Part shown: positions 25,966-37,092 of the stretch, piece by piece
How positions within the stretch are numbered: position 1 is the stretch's first letter
Layout: each line of letters opens with the position of its first letter
NCBI GenBank assembly: GCA_964572995.1
Contig: CAZNIA010000001.1
Span: forward strand, 5,611-69,610
DNA length: 64,000 nucleotides
Direction of reading: 5' to 3'
From: Candidatus Woesearchaeota archaeon
Lineage (GTDB): Archaea > Nanobdellota > Nanobdellia > Pacearchaeales > GW2011-AR1
Made by a program: the position numbers and the translations under genes
Notes under the pieces: model-generated
What the model saw: the letters and a program-made list of their open reading frames with translations, nothing else
Told to the model about the DNA's origin: nothing
Database searches by the model: none

Positions 25966-28900
25966 CTAGGCTTGAGTATATAATGAATTTTGTGTAACTG
26001 AAACTTCGTAGCCTTTTTCTGGTTCAATTATAAAATTGGTTCCTATATAAGGAGGTATCCAAGGGACAGGCGAACCTGTTGAAATGTATCCCTGGGATGT
26101 TTGGTTAAATGAATTCCAATTAGTTACAGCATCTGAGTAAGAAACAGAAGAAATTAAGTTATATGCATTTGTTTTAGAAGAGTTATAATATAAAGAAACC
26201 CAGTTTTTTCCAAAAGAAGTTGAATTCTTTATTAAATCCACCTCTACTGGAGATTTTACTGCTCCTACAAGGCTCCAATTTGTAAAGATTGGAGAAGTTA
26301 AGTTGAGATTCATCTCATAACCTCTGCCGTCCTCTAGGTTGAAATTGCAGTTATTGAGGGTACATCCCGGATAATCTGGACAAGAGAAATTATTACATGT
26401 AACTCTTTTTTGTATTGTGCTATTCCACATTGTAAAGGAAGTTATATTGTTTATCTCGCCAAGAGCTTCTTTTGAATCTGTAATATTTGTTTCAATGTAT
26501 AAACCCATCCAGTTTCTGGTATTTATTGAGGGCTTGCTTTGTATATAATACACTGTTTTTCCAAAAGTAGAATTAGTAAAATTTTCTGCTATAGGGTTCC
26601 AAGAAGAAATTCTATAAAACCTTCTTCTACTCTGATTAGCATTTGAGTCAGTATAATTTAAGTTAAATGTCTCATTCAGCAATGCAAATGCAATTGAAGC
26701 ATTCTCTGTGTAATATATTCTATATTTATATGCATGAGCAGATGTGTTCCAGGATAAAAAAATATCTCCTGTCCCGTCATTCTTTGTTTGAGAAATATCT
26801 GTTAAAGGGGAATCAGGAGGTAAGAAAGCTGCAAAAGTGAAATTAGTTGAATTAAATGCAAAATTTCCTGAATTATCAAAACATAAGATGTTCCATAGAT
26901 AATATCCGTCTGTTACAACATTCTTATTTGAAAAATTAAGAGAAGCCCCTTTTTCAGGATAACTTGTTGTTTCATTTGCGTGCCATATACCATCCCAGGT
27001 TCCGTAAAGAGTACAATTTACCACATCATTAGAATCATTCACAGAATAATTTAAAAATGGAATTAAATAACCTGTAAAGTTTGAATTATTTTCTGTAAGT
27101 AAATTTACATTTGGAGGGATTGTATCCAATGTTATCTTTCTTGTTTCTGTGGTGTTTGAATAATTTACAACATCAAAAATAGTTACATTATAATAATAAG
27201 AACCCTCTGGAAGATTTGTCCAATTTATTATTCTTCTTGAATCTGTATAGGTTGAAGAATTGTAAACTGTATAATTAGAATAATATAAATTAAATGTGAT
27301 ATTTACCTCATTCTCTTCTATAACAGACGTATTTACATATACCCAAGTTTGGGATTTGTTTGAAGTATCATTTTCTGTCGATCCTGAATAACTTATCAGA
27401 GGGTAAGTGCTATCAAAAGTGAAAGTAAAATTATTGAGTGCCCAACCATCATATCCCAAAGAGTCATTACATTTAATATTCCATAAATAAACTCCATCTT
27501 CATACAAAGCAAGTGAAAAGTTTATTGCATAGTATAGTTCTTCATCGCCTTCATTATAACTGGGTTCAGGATAAATTAATTTTCTTATCCAGACATCATC
27601 AAATTGTTCTGTAGCCCATGCATGAAGCCCTGATGTCCCTGAAGCATAAGTTGAATCTGTTAAATTAAATATTAAATTTCCATCTTCATAAGCAACAATT
27701 CTATTTCCAAATGTATTTAATTCTAATTCATAATCTGTTCCAACAGAAGGGGAAAATCCATAACTTCCTAAATTAGAAAGTGTGTGTCCGGTTGAAGATA
27801 ATTGTAAATAGTTATTTTGATAACCATAAACATATCCATTTCCACTAGCAGAAGGCATTCTTGCCATTAATTTCCAATCTGAATCACTTGTCTCATGATT
27901 TACAATTGCTCTTATAGAATGATTTCCTGTAACTGTTGTTCTTGTTAAATCACTATCCCCATCTAGAGTATTTCTTACTCTGTTATTTAATATTGCCCAA
28001 GTTCCCCTTGTCTCTGTCCAGCCATTCCCAACTGTATCACTATTTGGTCTGTTAAAATCCTCAAAAAATTCAAAAACATTACTTCCATTATTTTTAGGAT
28101 TTGAAGCGTCTGAATTAGAATGATAAATATAATAATTATCGTCAAATTTTCCAGCAGAAATAGGGGCTTGAATTCTAAACCAAATTTCTGTACTGGGGTC
28201 ATCAAATGCTGTTGAATTATATCTATCTAATTCAATATTTTGAGAGCCGTTCCAATAAACAATTCTTAAATCATCTCCATTATCTAAGAAATCAGAACCC
28301 GTTGTATCCAAAGTTAATAACATTGAATAATTCTGCTCAAGGGTATACAAACTTGGATTGGTAATATTTATAAGTTTTCTCTTGCTCCAGCCTGAACTAT
28401 ACCAATTTATTTCTTTTGTCTGATTATTGTGCCATCCTCCATTCCAGGTTCCATATAGTGAACAATAACTTATTCCGTCTGCATCTGAGAAATTAAAATG
28501 AAATTCCTCATCATCAAAACTTGTAAAGTAAGAATTATCTTCCGGAGAGAATAAACTTACAGCAGGACCATAGATTGAAATTGAAAAAGTTCTCTTTGCT
28601 AGAGCAATATTTCCAAAAGTATCATTAGAATAAAAGTAAAGTGTATGAGTTGCTTCTGTTGTGTCAAAGGTAGTATTTGTTCCGCAGGATATTGATTGGT
28701 TTGCTTGATTATCCAAATTCCACCAACACATACTTAAACCCACAACATTATCATAAATTGTATAATTAAGGGGCAGACTTGTATTATATGCATAAACTTT
28801 TGGTTCTGGAGAGATTATAATAACAGTGGGTCCTGTATTATCTAATCCAATTTTTCTTGTGGATGTAAAATTAATATTATAAGCGAGGTCAAGAATAGTC

Positions 28901-31900
28901 ACATTGTAATAATAAATTCCGTCTGGAAGAGAAGTGAAATTGATAAACCTTCTTGAATCATTGTATGAGCTTGAATTTACTAAAATATTCTCTGAATTAT
29001 AAAGATTAAAAGTGATATTGGCAAAATTGCTTTCTACTATTGAGGTGTTTATATAAATCCAGGTTCTTGAAAAGTTTGTATTATCGTTTTCAGTAGGGAA
29101 AGTGTAGGAAATTTGAGGGGTTGTTCCATCATAATAAAAACTATTATTTGATGAACCAAAAGTGTTTCCTGCAATATCAGAAACTTTGTAATTCCAGCTG
29201 AAAAAACCTTCAGAAGGGAGATTATAAATAATTCCTTTCAATAAATTTGTTCCTGAAATATTTTGAATAGTTTGATTAATTAAATGGGTTTGATTATACA
29301 CAGAAAGAGTTAAATTAGATAATTTAAGATTGTCTGTTAAGTTTACTGTAAGATTTTGTGAAGATGAATTTACATAAGAGTTGTTTAGAGGGGAGATTAG
29401 GGTTGCATTTGGAGGAGTTGTATCTAACCCTATTTGTCTTGTTGAAGTTGAATTTACATTATAAGCTAAATCTACAAGAATTACATTATAATAATAAATT
29501 GCGTCTGGGAGATTTGTCCAGTTAATTTCTCTTCTTGAATCTGTATAAACTGTAGAGTTTACAAGAGTTCCATTTAAATAATTAAGTCTGAATGTTATGT
29601 TTGCTTCATTTAATTCTATAACTGAAACGTTAACATAAATCCAGTTTCTTGAAAAGTTTGAATAATCATTCTCTGTAAGAAGAGAATATACTATTTGAGG
29701 GTAAGTGGTGTCTATTGTAATTGTATTATTTTGTGTTTGAAAGCTATTTCCTGCCAAATCAAATATCTTATAAAACCATTTAAAAATTCCATCATATAAA
29801 AAGTTGTAAACTATTCCTGTAATTATATCTGTTCCTGAGATATCTTGAGTTGTTTCGTTTATTAAATTGGTTTCATTGTATAAAAATAAAGTCATATTTG
29901 ATAATCCTAGATTATCATTTGCATTAACTGTTAAATTCTGTAAAGTGGAATTTGCATAAGTTTCATTCTCTGGAGAAACTAAGGTTGCATTAGGGTTATT
30001 TGTATCCAGAGTAATTGCTCTAGTTAATGTTAAAAATTCCCCATCAAGATCATCAAAAAGAGTTACATTATAATAATATAGTCCTTGCTGAAGATTTGTC
30101 CAGTTGATTTCTCTTCTTGAATCTGTATAAATAGATTCATTTACTAAACCGGAAAGATTATACAATCCAAATGTGACATTTATCTCTTCATTTACATTTG
30201 ATGTGGAAGTGTTTACATAAACCCAATCTCTTGAAAGACTTGCAAGATTCTCTTCTGTTGGAAAAATAAAGTTTATACTTGGAAGAGTTAAATTCAAATT
30301 TATTTTTCTTGTAGAAGTTGAATTGGAAAGATTAACAAAATCAAAAACAGTGATATTATAATAATAAAATCCTTCTTCTAAATTTGTCCAGTTAATTGTT
30401 CTTCTTTTATCTAAATAAGTTGAAGAATTAATCAAATTATGAGCTGAGTTGTATAAATTAAAGGTGATATTTGCTTCATGCTCTTCTATAACTGAAGTAT
30501 TTACATAAATCCATAATCTTGCAAATTTAGTATTGTTATTTGCAGTCCCTATTCCAAAATCCACAAATGGAGGCAAAGTATCCAGTGTTATTTTTCTTGT
30601 TGAAGTAGTATTTGAAAGGTTTACCATATCAAAAACTGTTACATTGTATAAATAAGAATTGTCTAATAAAGAAGTAAAATTAATTGAGGTTCTTGTTGTG
30701 TCTGTGTAAGTAGTAGAGTTTACAAGAGTGTAATTAGAAAAATATAAGTTAAATGTTATATTTTTGGGGTTTAATTCTGTAATTGAAGTATTAATGTAAA
30801 TCCAGTTTCTTGAAAAATTTGCATAATTATTTTCTGTTGGAGAAGAATAATCAATTAAAGGTTTGGTTGTATCCAGTGTTATCTTTCTTGTTGAAGTAGT
30901 ATTTGAAAGATTTACCATATCAAAAACTGTTACATCGTATAAATAAGAATTGTCTAATAAAGAAGTAAAATTAATTGAAGTTCTTGTTGTATCTGTGTAA
31001 GTAGTAGAGTTTACAAGAGTGTAATTAGAAAAATATAAGTTAAAGGTTATATTTTTGGGGTTTAATTCTGTAATTGAAGTATTAATGTAAATCCAATTTT
31101 GGCTTTTATTTGAACCATTTATATCTGTGGGATAAACAAAATCTATTTGAGGGAATGTATTATCTAAAACGAATGTGTTATTTATAAATGCAAATGCTGA
31201 GCTTCCTAAAGTGTCATTACATCTAACGTTCCAAAGATAGTTTCCATCTACTGAAAGATTAACTAAGAAGGATAAAGAAGGGGATGTCGTCTCTCCTCCT
31301 AAGGTATAAAAAGAAGAAGGATTATTTTGATTTTGGAAAGAAGCATTAATCCAAACAGGGCTTCTTGAGGTATTTGAAACACGAATTTCATCAAAAGTAC
31401 CATTAAAATATCCTCCGCTTGCATCAACAACTCCTTCTCCAATCTTCACAAAATAAGCTGAAGATCCATAACTAGCGGTACTACTGCCTCCACTTGATGC
31501 TGGAGAACCATCAAAATATAAAGTCAAATTTGTTCCTGTACCTACTGCTACAACATGATGCCAACTATTTACTCCATATGTATAAGAAGTAGAAGTGCTT
31601 CCTCCTCCGCTTGTCCAAATCATTACTGTGTTTGTTCCATCTATAAAAAATTCCGTAACATCATTTTGCCCATACAAACTTACTCTTGAGCCCCAAGCCC
31701 TAGGATAAATCCATCCTTCCAATGTAAAAGAACCTAAATTACTCATAAAATTACTTGTGGAATTAAGCATATCGTTGCTTCCGTCCAAATTATCTGCTCC
31801 ATCTACCTTTCCTGTTATTGCTTCGTCTCCTTCATATCCTGCTGAAGTCATATTTCTACCATTAGAAGTGCTATCAACCCTGCTTCCTGTTCCTGTCTCT

Positions 31901-34900
31901 TCTAAATGCTGAACCATCATATAATTAGAATCCCAAACTTTCGATGGGTTTTGCTGATTTGCTGAATTTGAATTATTATAATACATATAAAAAACATTAT
32001 TTGAAACAGAAGAAAGATTAACTTTAATCCAAGCAATAAGATGGGCATGAGTTGAATTGTAATTTTTATCAAATAATTCTATTTCGTGATTCAATTTATT
32101 CTTTCCATCTAAAGAAGTAAATAATATATCATAACCATCTGTTCTTGAATAATCGTGCAATGCCGCATCATAAATATCAATTAACATTGGGAAATTAGTA
32201 AGATTTGCTGTTATCTTTGATGAAGATACATTAATCTGCCTTCTTTTATTCCATTCTGAGTGATACCAACTTGACCAGGATAGAGTCTGATTATTATGCC
32301 ATCCTCCATTCCAGGTTCCATATAGTGAACAGAAACCCAATCCATCTGAATCCATTGCTGTAAAGTTAAAAAAGTTATTTTGAAGGGAATTAAAATAAGT
32401 TTTATTAGTTGGAGTAACAAGAGTTATTGCTGGCCCAGTGGTTGATACTGAAAAGCTAACTTCCACTATAGATAAATGATTGAGAGTGTCATTAGAATAA
32501 AAATTAAGACTATGAGTTCCTTCACTTGTATCAAAAGTGGTATTTGTTCCACAGGCGATTGTTTGATTTACCTGATTGTCTATATTCCACCAACACATGC
32601 TTACGCCTGCAACATTATCTCTTATAGTATAAGTTAAAGGAAGGCTGGAATTATAACTATAAGCCTTGAGTTCTGGTTCAAGAATATCTACTGTGGGTCC
32701 AACTGTATCTAACCCTATTTTTCTTGTTAAAGTTGAATTTATATTGTATGCTAAATCGATTACAGTAACATTATAATAATAAACTCCATCATTTAAATCT
32801 GTCCAGTTAATCTCTCTTCTTGAATCATTATAAGTTGAAGAATTGAAAAGATTGTATCCTGAATCATAAAGATTAAATGTAACATTTGCTTCATTCAATT
32901 CTGTAACAGAAAGATTTACATAAATCCAGGTTCTTGAAAAGTTTGCATTGTTCTCTTCTGTACTAGAACTAAAAGAAATTAAAGAATAAGTAGTATCAAT
33001 AATTATTGTATTATTTTGTGTTTGGAAATTATTTCCTGATAAATCAAAGATATTATAAAACCATTTGAAAATTCCATCATATAAAAAGTTGTAAACTATT
33101 CCTGTAATTATATCTGTTCCTGAGATATCTTGAGTAGTCTCATTTATTAAATTAGTTTCATTGTATACAAATAAAGTCATATTTGATAGGCCATAATTGT
33201 CAGATGCATTTAATGTAAAATTCTGCAAAGAGGAATTTAAATAAGTATTATTCTCAGGAGAGACCAAGGTTGCATTTGGATTTTCTAAATCTATAATCGC
33301 AAATTGGGTTTCATTATAATAAATAGAATAATTAAAAAAATCATCTCTCATCATTGAAAAATTGTAAATGCCTACTGCCAATTCCTGTTCTGAGTTATTT
33401 GATATGAATGTTCCGTTTCTATATAATGTGAAAGGAGTTGTACAATTTGCCCAGACTAAAAAAACATCTGAATAATTTAAGGGACTAGTTGCATTGAATA
33501 AAACCTGACAATTTTCTGGATTTTTATTTAATGTAAAAAAACTTGTGTTATAAATAAAAGAATAATTTGAAGTGTCTGTTCTTTGAGCTGTAAAATTGAA
33601 ATATCCTGCCCCATTTATTTGTTCTGAATTATTTAATATTATTGTCCCATCTCTATATAACGTAAATGTGGAAGTGGCATTTGCCCAGACTAAAAAAGTG
33701 TCAGGATAAGTTAATGGACTGGTTGAATTGAATAAAACTTGAAAGTTTTCTGGGTTTTTATTAACAGTAAAGAATTGTGTATTTATTATGTTTGTATAAT
33801 TTGCAGTGTCTGTTCTTTGTACTGTTAAATTATAATATCCTGCCCCTGAATTAATCAATGAATTGTTTGAAGTTATTGTTCCGTTTAAATAAAAGGTGTA
33901 ACCTGATGAACAATTTGTATATGCAATAAATGTTTCAGGATAAGTTATTGGAGAAGTTGCATTGAAATAAACTCCACAATCATAATAGCTTGATTTATTT
34001 ATCTGAACTGTATATCTTGTCCAATTGATATTATTAGCTGTATCATTAATTGTAACATTAATTTCATAGTTACCTACTGCCAAAGAGGTTGCATTACTTA
34101 AAAATCCTGATTGATTTATTGAAAACCTTGTATCATTAACAGAATAATATCCAAATTCAATGTCGTCTGTTGCATCGAAGTCTACACCCAGAGATTCATT
34201 TCCATAAAAGAGTGATTCATTATCTGGAATCTTTGTAAAATATGGAGGAATAGTATCAACAATTCTAAATTGCGTCTGATTAAATAGCATAGAATAGTTT
34301 TGAGTGTCTGTCCTAAACATTGAAAAATTATATGCACTAACAGACAATACCTGTTCCGAATTATTTGAGATTAATGTTCCGTTTCTATATAATGTAAAAG
34401 GGGTTGTGCAATTTGCCCAGACTAAAAAGGTGTCAGGATAAGTTAATGGACTAGTTGCATTGAATAAAACCTGACAATTTTCGGGGTTTTTATTAACAGT
34501 AAAGAATTGTGTATCAATTATTTTTGAATAATTCTGTGTGTCTGTTCTTTGTACTGTTAAATTATAATATCCTGCCCCTGAATTAATCAATGAATTGTTT
34601 GAAGTTATTGTTCCGTTTAAATAAAAGGTGTAACCTGATGAACAATTTGTATATGCAATAAATGTTTCAGGATAAGTTATTGGAGAAGTTGCATTGAAAT
34701 AAACTCCACAATCATAATAGCTTGATTTATTTATCTGAACTGTATATCTTGTCCAATTGATATTATTAGCTGTATCATTAATTGTAACATTAATTTCATA
34801 GTTACCTACTGCCAAAGAGGTTGCATTACTTAAAAATCCTGATTGATTTATTGAAAACCTTGTATCATTAACAGAATAATATCCAAATTCAATGTCGTCT

Positions 34901-37008
34901 GTTGCATCGAAGTCTACACCCAGAGATTCATTTCTGTAGAATATAGAAGAGTTTTGGGGGATTTTAATAAAAGTTGGAGAAGTCAAATCAAGAAAAAACT
35001 CCCCTGTTGAAATAGCTATCCAACTAAATTCTCTTCCATTGCAATTATTTCTGGTATCATCATCTTCTGCTGTTACGCTGAAAGAAGTTGTTGTTTTCCC
35101 AGACACTTCTATTTCACAAGTATCTGCTGTACCTGTTCTTGATGCTGTTGTTAAAACAACGTAATTGGTGTTTGGAAATGAACTTCCTAATGAAATTGAT
35201 TTTGAAGTTGCCCCAGAAGCAGTGTCATTTCCCGATTTAATGATTATTCCTCCGACTGTTTCTGTACCATAAGAAACAGCACACCAATCAATACTGCTAA
35301 CAGCTTCTGCTGCTCCTCCATCATCTAAAATTACTGAATTCCAACTTCCTGCTGATTTTGAAGAATAACTAACTCTTGGAGAATCAGCATCCCAAGGAGT
35401 ATAAGCAACAACTGCATAGTTTGTATCTGGGAAACTGGATTCAAAATTTATTGTGGATGTGCTTGAACCTGAACCTGAATTACATTTAACAGAAATGTTC
35501 TGGAAATCAAATTCTCCAAAAGAAAGAGCAGCCCATTCAACCCCTGCTGATTCGTTTGCACCTCCATCATCATTAATCCTATTTATTCTGAATCCTGTTG
35601 CTGCCTTTCTATCATATTGTATTGAGAAAATTGCATCGGTATCTTGTTGGCCTGAAAATAAAATAGAATAATCTGCATCAGGCATAGCAGTTGAAAAAGA
35701 AATTGAAGTTGGGGTATTTGCAGTATACGAACTTACTCCTGTACGAGCATAAAAATTAGGATCAATAATGTGATCAAACTCAACATTTCCCCCAACAATT
35801 CTTAAATCAAATGTGTCTTGAATTTCTTGTAAATTTGTCAAATAGACCTTATTATAATTATTATTAGTTAAAGGATTAAATTCTGCAATTTTCTCTGTTG
35901 AATCCTTTTCATAAACTTCAATAACAGGGTTTCCACTTATTATTCTCGGATACAAGGTTATATCTCTGGTATTATCTAAAGGTATTTCAAATGTAATCCT
36001 TACATAATCCCCCTCTGAGATTTTCTCACTCCAAATATCATCTAATTCTTTAACTTCATTGTAAATATCTGAAATAAACTCTCTAGATGGAGAAAGGTGC
36101 TCTGCATTTGTTATAATTATTATTTCAAATGTTTGATTAGATAAATGAGGAACAATCCATTCAATATAATCCAATAATCCATTTTCATTTGTATCAGAAG
36201 CATTAAAATCAATGTATGTGTTATTTTCTTTCCAATAAATCTGGATTGACTTCTTATTTTGCGTCTCTTTAGGAAGATTTGTATAAGAAAGTACATCTTG
36301 ATAACTAATTTCTTCAGGAGAATAAATAACAACTTCTTTTTTGTTTTCAGAAACACTTATTTCCTCTATTTTTGGGGGCCCAGTAGAATATTCTAATGTG
36401 AGTTGCTCTAATGTGTATTCATTAATCTGGACGTATCTCTTTTCATTAGATTCTATTACCTCATAATTGGAAAAAACCTCTCCATTATTTTTTTTAATTG
36501 TTAAATTTGTTATTTCTGGAATTTCAACAAGAGTTTCATTCACTGTTTTTTTCCAACGCACATTTTTATTTATTTCTGCTTTCTCCTGAATTAATTCTCC
36601 TTTAGTAGGGGTGTTTAGGGGAGACTCAGGAATAAGAGGAATATTTGAAGATGAAGAAACTACAGCAAAGGAATAAGATTTTTTTTCGTTTCCTCTTTTA
36701 AAATAAATAGAATAATTTCCTTCTTCAAGAAGATCAATAGAAAATCTGTCATTTGAACCAATCCTAAAATTTCTTTCTCCAGAAGGATTCATAATTATAA
36801 TTTCATAGTTGCCCATTTTGGATAAATCAAATTTTAGAACTGTTCCAAGAACATATGTACTGTCTTGTTTAAAATCAAAAAAAATAGAATCTTTGGAAGT
36901 ATCTACTTCTCCAGAGGTTGTTGAAGAAAAAATTATAAAAAAGATTATTCCAAAAATAAATAAGATAAAAAATCCAAAAACCCCTGCTTTAATCAACCCT
37001 TTTTTCAT
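25966..37008 (-). CDS. giant (3680 aa) N-glycosylated surface protein. It shares the head module with giant 1 and carries LamG/concanavalin-like and two DUF2341-like modules, >10 copies of a ~97-aa repeat, two 246-aa near-identical repeats, and a C-terminal FN3-like region
   Basis: The N-terminal anchor is LIKAGVFGFFILFIFGIIFFIIFS. The head segment ...IQIYWKENNTYIDFNASDTNENGLLDYIEWIVPHLSNQTFEIIIITNAEHL... is about 70% identical to giant 1. The LamG block from GKVDGADNLDGSNDMLNSTSNF to FNGTFDEIRVSNTSRS is also about 70% identical to giant 1. TWNGGWHNNQT occurs twice. Confidence 0.85.
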   Translation of the reverse strand: MKKGLIKAGVFGFFILFIFGIIFFIIFSSTTSGEVDTSKDSIFFDFKQDSTYVLGTVLKFDLSKMGNYEIIIMNPSGERNFRIGSNDRFSIDLLEEGNYSIYFKRGNEKKSYSFAVVSSSSNIPLIPESPLNTPTKGELIQEKAEINKNVRWKKTVNETLVEIPEITNLTIKKNNGEVFSNYEVIESNEKRYVQINEYTLEQLTLEYSTGPPKIEEISVSENKKEVVIYSPEEISYQDVLSYTNLPKETQNKKSIQIYWKENNTYIDFNASDTNENGLLDYIEWIVPHLSNQTFEIIIITNAEHLSPSREFISDIYNEVKELDDIWSEKISEGDYVRITFEIPLDNTRDITLYPRIISGNPVIEVYEKDSTEKIAEFNPLTNNNYNKVYLTNLQEIQDTFDLRIVGGNVEFDHIIDPNFYARTGVSSYTANTPTSISFSTAMPDADYSILFSGQQDTDAIFSIQYDRKAATGFRINRINDDGGANESAGVEWAALSFGEFDFQNISVKCNSGSGSSTSTINFESSFPDTNYAVVAYTPWDADSPRVSYSSKSAGSWNSVILDDGGAAEAVSSIDWCAVSYGTETVGGIIIKSGNDTASGATSKSISLGSSFPNTNYVVLTTASRTGTADTCEIEVSGKTTTSFSVTAEDDDTRNNCNGREFSWIAISTGEFFLDLTSPTFIKIPQNSSIFYRNESLGVDFDATDDIEFGYYSVNDTRFSINQSGFLSNATSLAVGNYEINVTINDTANNINWTRYTVQINKSSYYDCGVYFNATSPITYPETFIAYTNCSSGYTFYLNGTITSNNSLINSGAGYYNLTVQRTDTQNYSKIIDTQFFTVNKNPENCQVLFNATSPLTYPDTFLVWANCTTPFTLYRNGTLISNNSEQVLSVSAYNFSMFRTDTQNYSMLFNQTQFRIVDTIPPYFTKIPDNESLFYGNESLGVDFDATDDIEFGYYSVNDTRFSINQSGFLSNATSLAVGNYEINVTINDTANNINWTRYTVQINKSSYYDCGVYFNATSPITYPETFIAYTNCSSGYTFYLNGTITSNNSLINSGAGYYNLTVQRTDTANYTNIINTQFFTVNKNPENFQVLFNSTSPLTYPDTFLVWANATSTFTLYRDGTIILNNSEQINGAGYFNFTAQRTDTSNYSFIYNTSFFTLNKNPENCQVLFNATSPLNYSDVFLVWANCTTPFTLYRNGTFISNNSEQELAVGIYNFSMMRDDFFNYSIYYNETQFAIIDLENPNATLVSPENNTYLNSSLQNFTLNASDNYGLSNMTLFVYNETNLINETTQDISGTDIITGIVYNFLYDGIFKWFYNIFDLSGNNFQTQNNTIIIDTTYSLISFSSSTEENNANFSRTWIYVNLSVTELNEANVTFNLYDSGYNLFNSSTYNDSRREINWTDLNDGVYYYNVTVIDLAYNINSTLTRKIGLDTVGPTVDILEPELKAYSYNSSLPLTYTIRDNVAGVSMCWWNIDNQVNQTIACGTNTTFDTSEGTHSLNFYSNDTLNHLSIVEVSFSVSTTGPAITLVTPTNKTYFNSLQNNFFNFTAMDSDGLGFCSLYGTWNGGWHNNQTLSWSSWYHSEWNKRRQINVSSSKITANLTNFPMLIDIYDAALHDYSRTDGYDILFTSLDGKNKLNHEIELFDKNYNSTHAHLIAWIKVNLSSVSNNVFYMYYNNSNSANQQNPSKVWDSNYMMVQHLEETGTGSRVDSTSNGRNMTSAGYEGDEAITGKVDGADNLDGSNDMLNSTSNFMSNLGSFTLEGWIYPRAWGSRVSLYGQNDVTEFFIDGTNTVMIWTSGGGSTSTSYTYGVNSWHHVVAVGTGTNLTLYFDGSPASSGGSSTASYGSSAYFVKIGEGVVDASGGYFNGTFDEIRVSNTSRSPVWINASFQNQNNPSSFYTLGGETTSPSLSFLVNLSVDGNYLWNVRCNDTLGSSAFAFINNTFVLDNTFPQIDFVYPTDINGSNKSQNWIYINTSITELNPKNITFNLYFSNYTLVNSTTYTDTTRTSINFTSLLDNSYLYDVTVFDMVNLSNTTSTRKITLDTTKPLIDYSSPTENNYANFSRNWIYINTSITELNPKNITFNLYFSNYTLVNSTTYTDTTRTSINFTSLLDNSYLYNVTVFDMVNLSNTTSTRKITLDTLPPFVDFGIGTANNNTKFARLWIYVNTSVIEEHEANITFNLYNSAHNLINSSTYLDKRRTINWTNLEEGFYYYNITVFDFVNLSNSTSTRKINLNLTLPSINFIFPTEENLASLSRDWVYVNTSTSNVNEEINVTFGLYNLSGLVNESIYTDSRREINWTNLQQGLYYYNVTLFDDLDGEFLTLTRAITLDTNNPNATLVSPENETYANSTLQNLTVNANDNLGLSNMTLFLYNETNLINETTQDISGTDIITGIVYNFLYDGIFKWFYKIFDLAGNSFQTQNNTITIDTTYPQIVYSLLTENDYSNFSRNWIYVNVSVIELNEANITFRLNYLNGTLVNSTVYTDSRREINWTNLPDAIYYYNVILVDLAYNVNSTSTRQIGLDTTPPNATLISPLNNSYVNSSSQNLTVNLTDNLKLSNLTLSVYNQTHLINQTIQNISGTNLLKGIIYNLPSEGFFSWNYKVSDIAGNTFGSSNNSFYYDGTTPQISYTFPTENDNTNFSRTWIYINTSIVESNFANITFNLYNSENILVNSSSYNDSRRFINFTSLPDGIYYYNVTILDLAYNINFTSTRKIGLDNTGPTVIIISPEPKVYAYNTSLPLNYTIYDNVVGLSMCWWNLDNQANQSISCGTNTTFDTTEATHTLYFYSNDTFGNIALAKRTFSISIYGPAVSLFSPEDNSYFTSFDDEEFHFNFSDADGISYCSLYGTWNGGWHNNQTKEINWYSSGWSKRKLINITNPSLYTLEQNYSMLLTLDTTGSDFLDNGDDLRIVYWNGSQNIELDRYNSTAFDDPSTEIWFRIQAPISAGKFDDNYYIYHSNSDASNPKNNGSNVFEFFEDFNRPNSDTVGNGWTETRGTWAILNNRVRNTLDGDSDLTRTTVTGNHSIRAIVNHETSDSDWKLMARMPSASGNGYVYGYQNNYLQLSSTGHTLSNLGSYGFSPSVGTDYELELNTFGNRIVAYEDGNLIFNLTDSTYASGTSGLHAWATEQFDDVWIRKLIYPEPSYNEGDEELYYAINFSLALYEDGVYLWNIKCNDSLGYDGWALNNFTFTFDSTYPLISYSGSTENDTSNKSQTWVYVNTSVIEENEVNITFNLYYSNYTVYNSSTYTDSRRIINWTNLPEGSYYYNVTIFDVVNYSNTTETRKITLDTIPPNVNLLTENNSNFTGYLIPFLNYSVNDSNDVVNCTLYGTWDGIWHANETTSYPEKGASLNFSNKNVVTDGYYLWNILCFDNSGNFAFNSTNFTFAAFLPPDSPLTDISQTKNDGTGDIFLSWNTSAHAYKYRIYYTENASIAFALLNETFNLNYTDSNANQSRRRFYRISSWNPIAENFTNSTFGKTVYYIQSKPSINTRNWMGLYIETNITDSKEALGEINNITSFTMWNSTIQKRVTCNNFSCPDYPGCTLNNCNFNLEDGRGYEMNLNLTSPIFTNWSLVGAVKSPVEVDLIKNSTSFGKNWVSLYYNSSKTNAYNLISSVSYSDAVTNWNSFNQTSQGYISTGSPVPWIPPYIGTNFIIEPEKGYEVSVTQNSLYTQA
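30581..31165. repeat. near-identical 291-bp (97-aa) tandem repeat units inside giant gene 2
   Basis: The stretch tccagtgtta(t/c)ttttcttgttgaagtagtatttgaaag(g/a)tttaccatatcaaaaactgttacat... at 30581 recurs at 30872 with only a few mismatches. More diverged copies follow upstream. Confidence 0.8.
33808..34941. repeat. 738-bp tandem duplication with a ~395-bp perfectly identical core inside giant gene 2
   Basis: 33808-34203 and 34546-34941 are identical by eye. This gives the protein two copies of IP(Q/D)N.S.FY.NESLGVDFDATDDIEFGYYSVNDTRFSINQSGFLSNATSLAVGNYEINVTINDTANNINWTRYTVQINKSSYYDCGVYFNATSPITYPETFIAYTNCSSGYTFYLNGT. Confidence 0.85.
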
Positions 37009-37092
37009 TTTATTAGTTAATATTCCCCTTTTTTATATATTATTGTAATGCAATTACTTCGGAGATTATTCTAAATATAATAAGGTTTAAAT

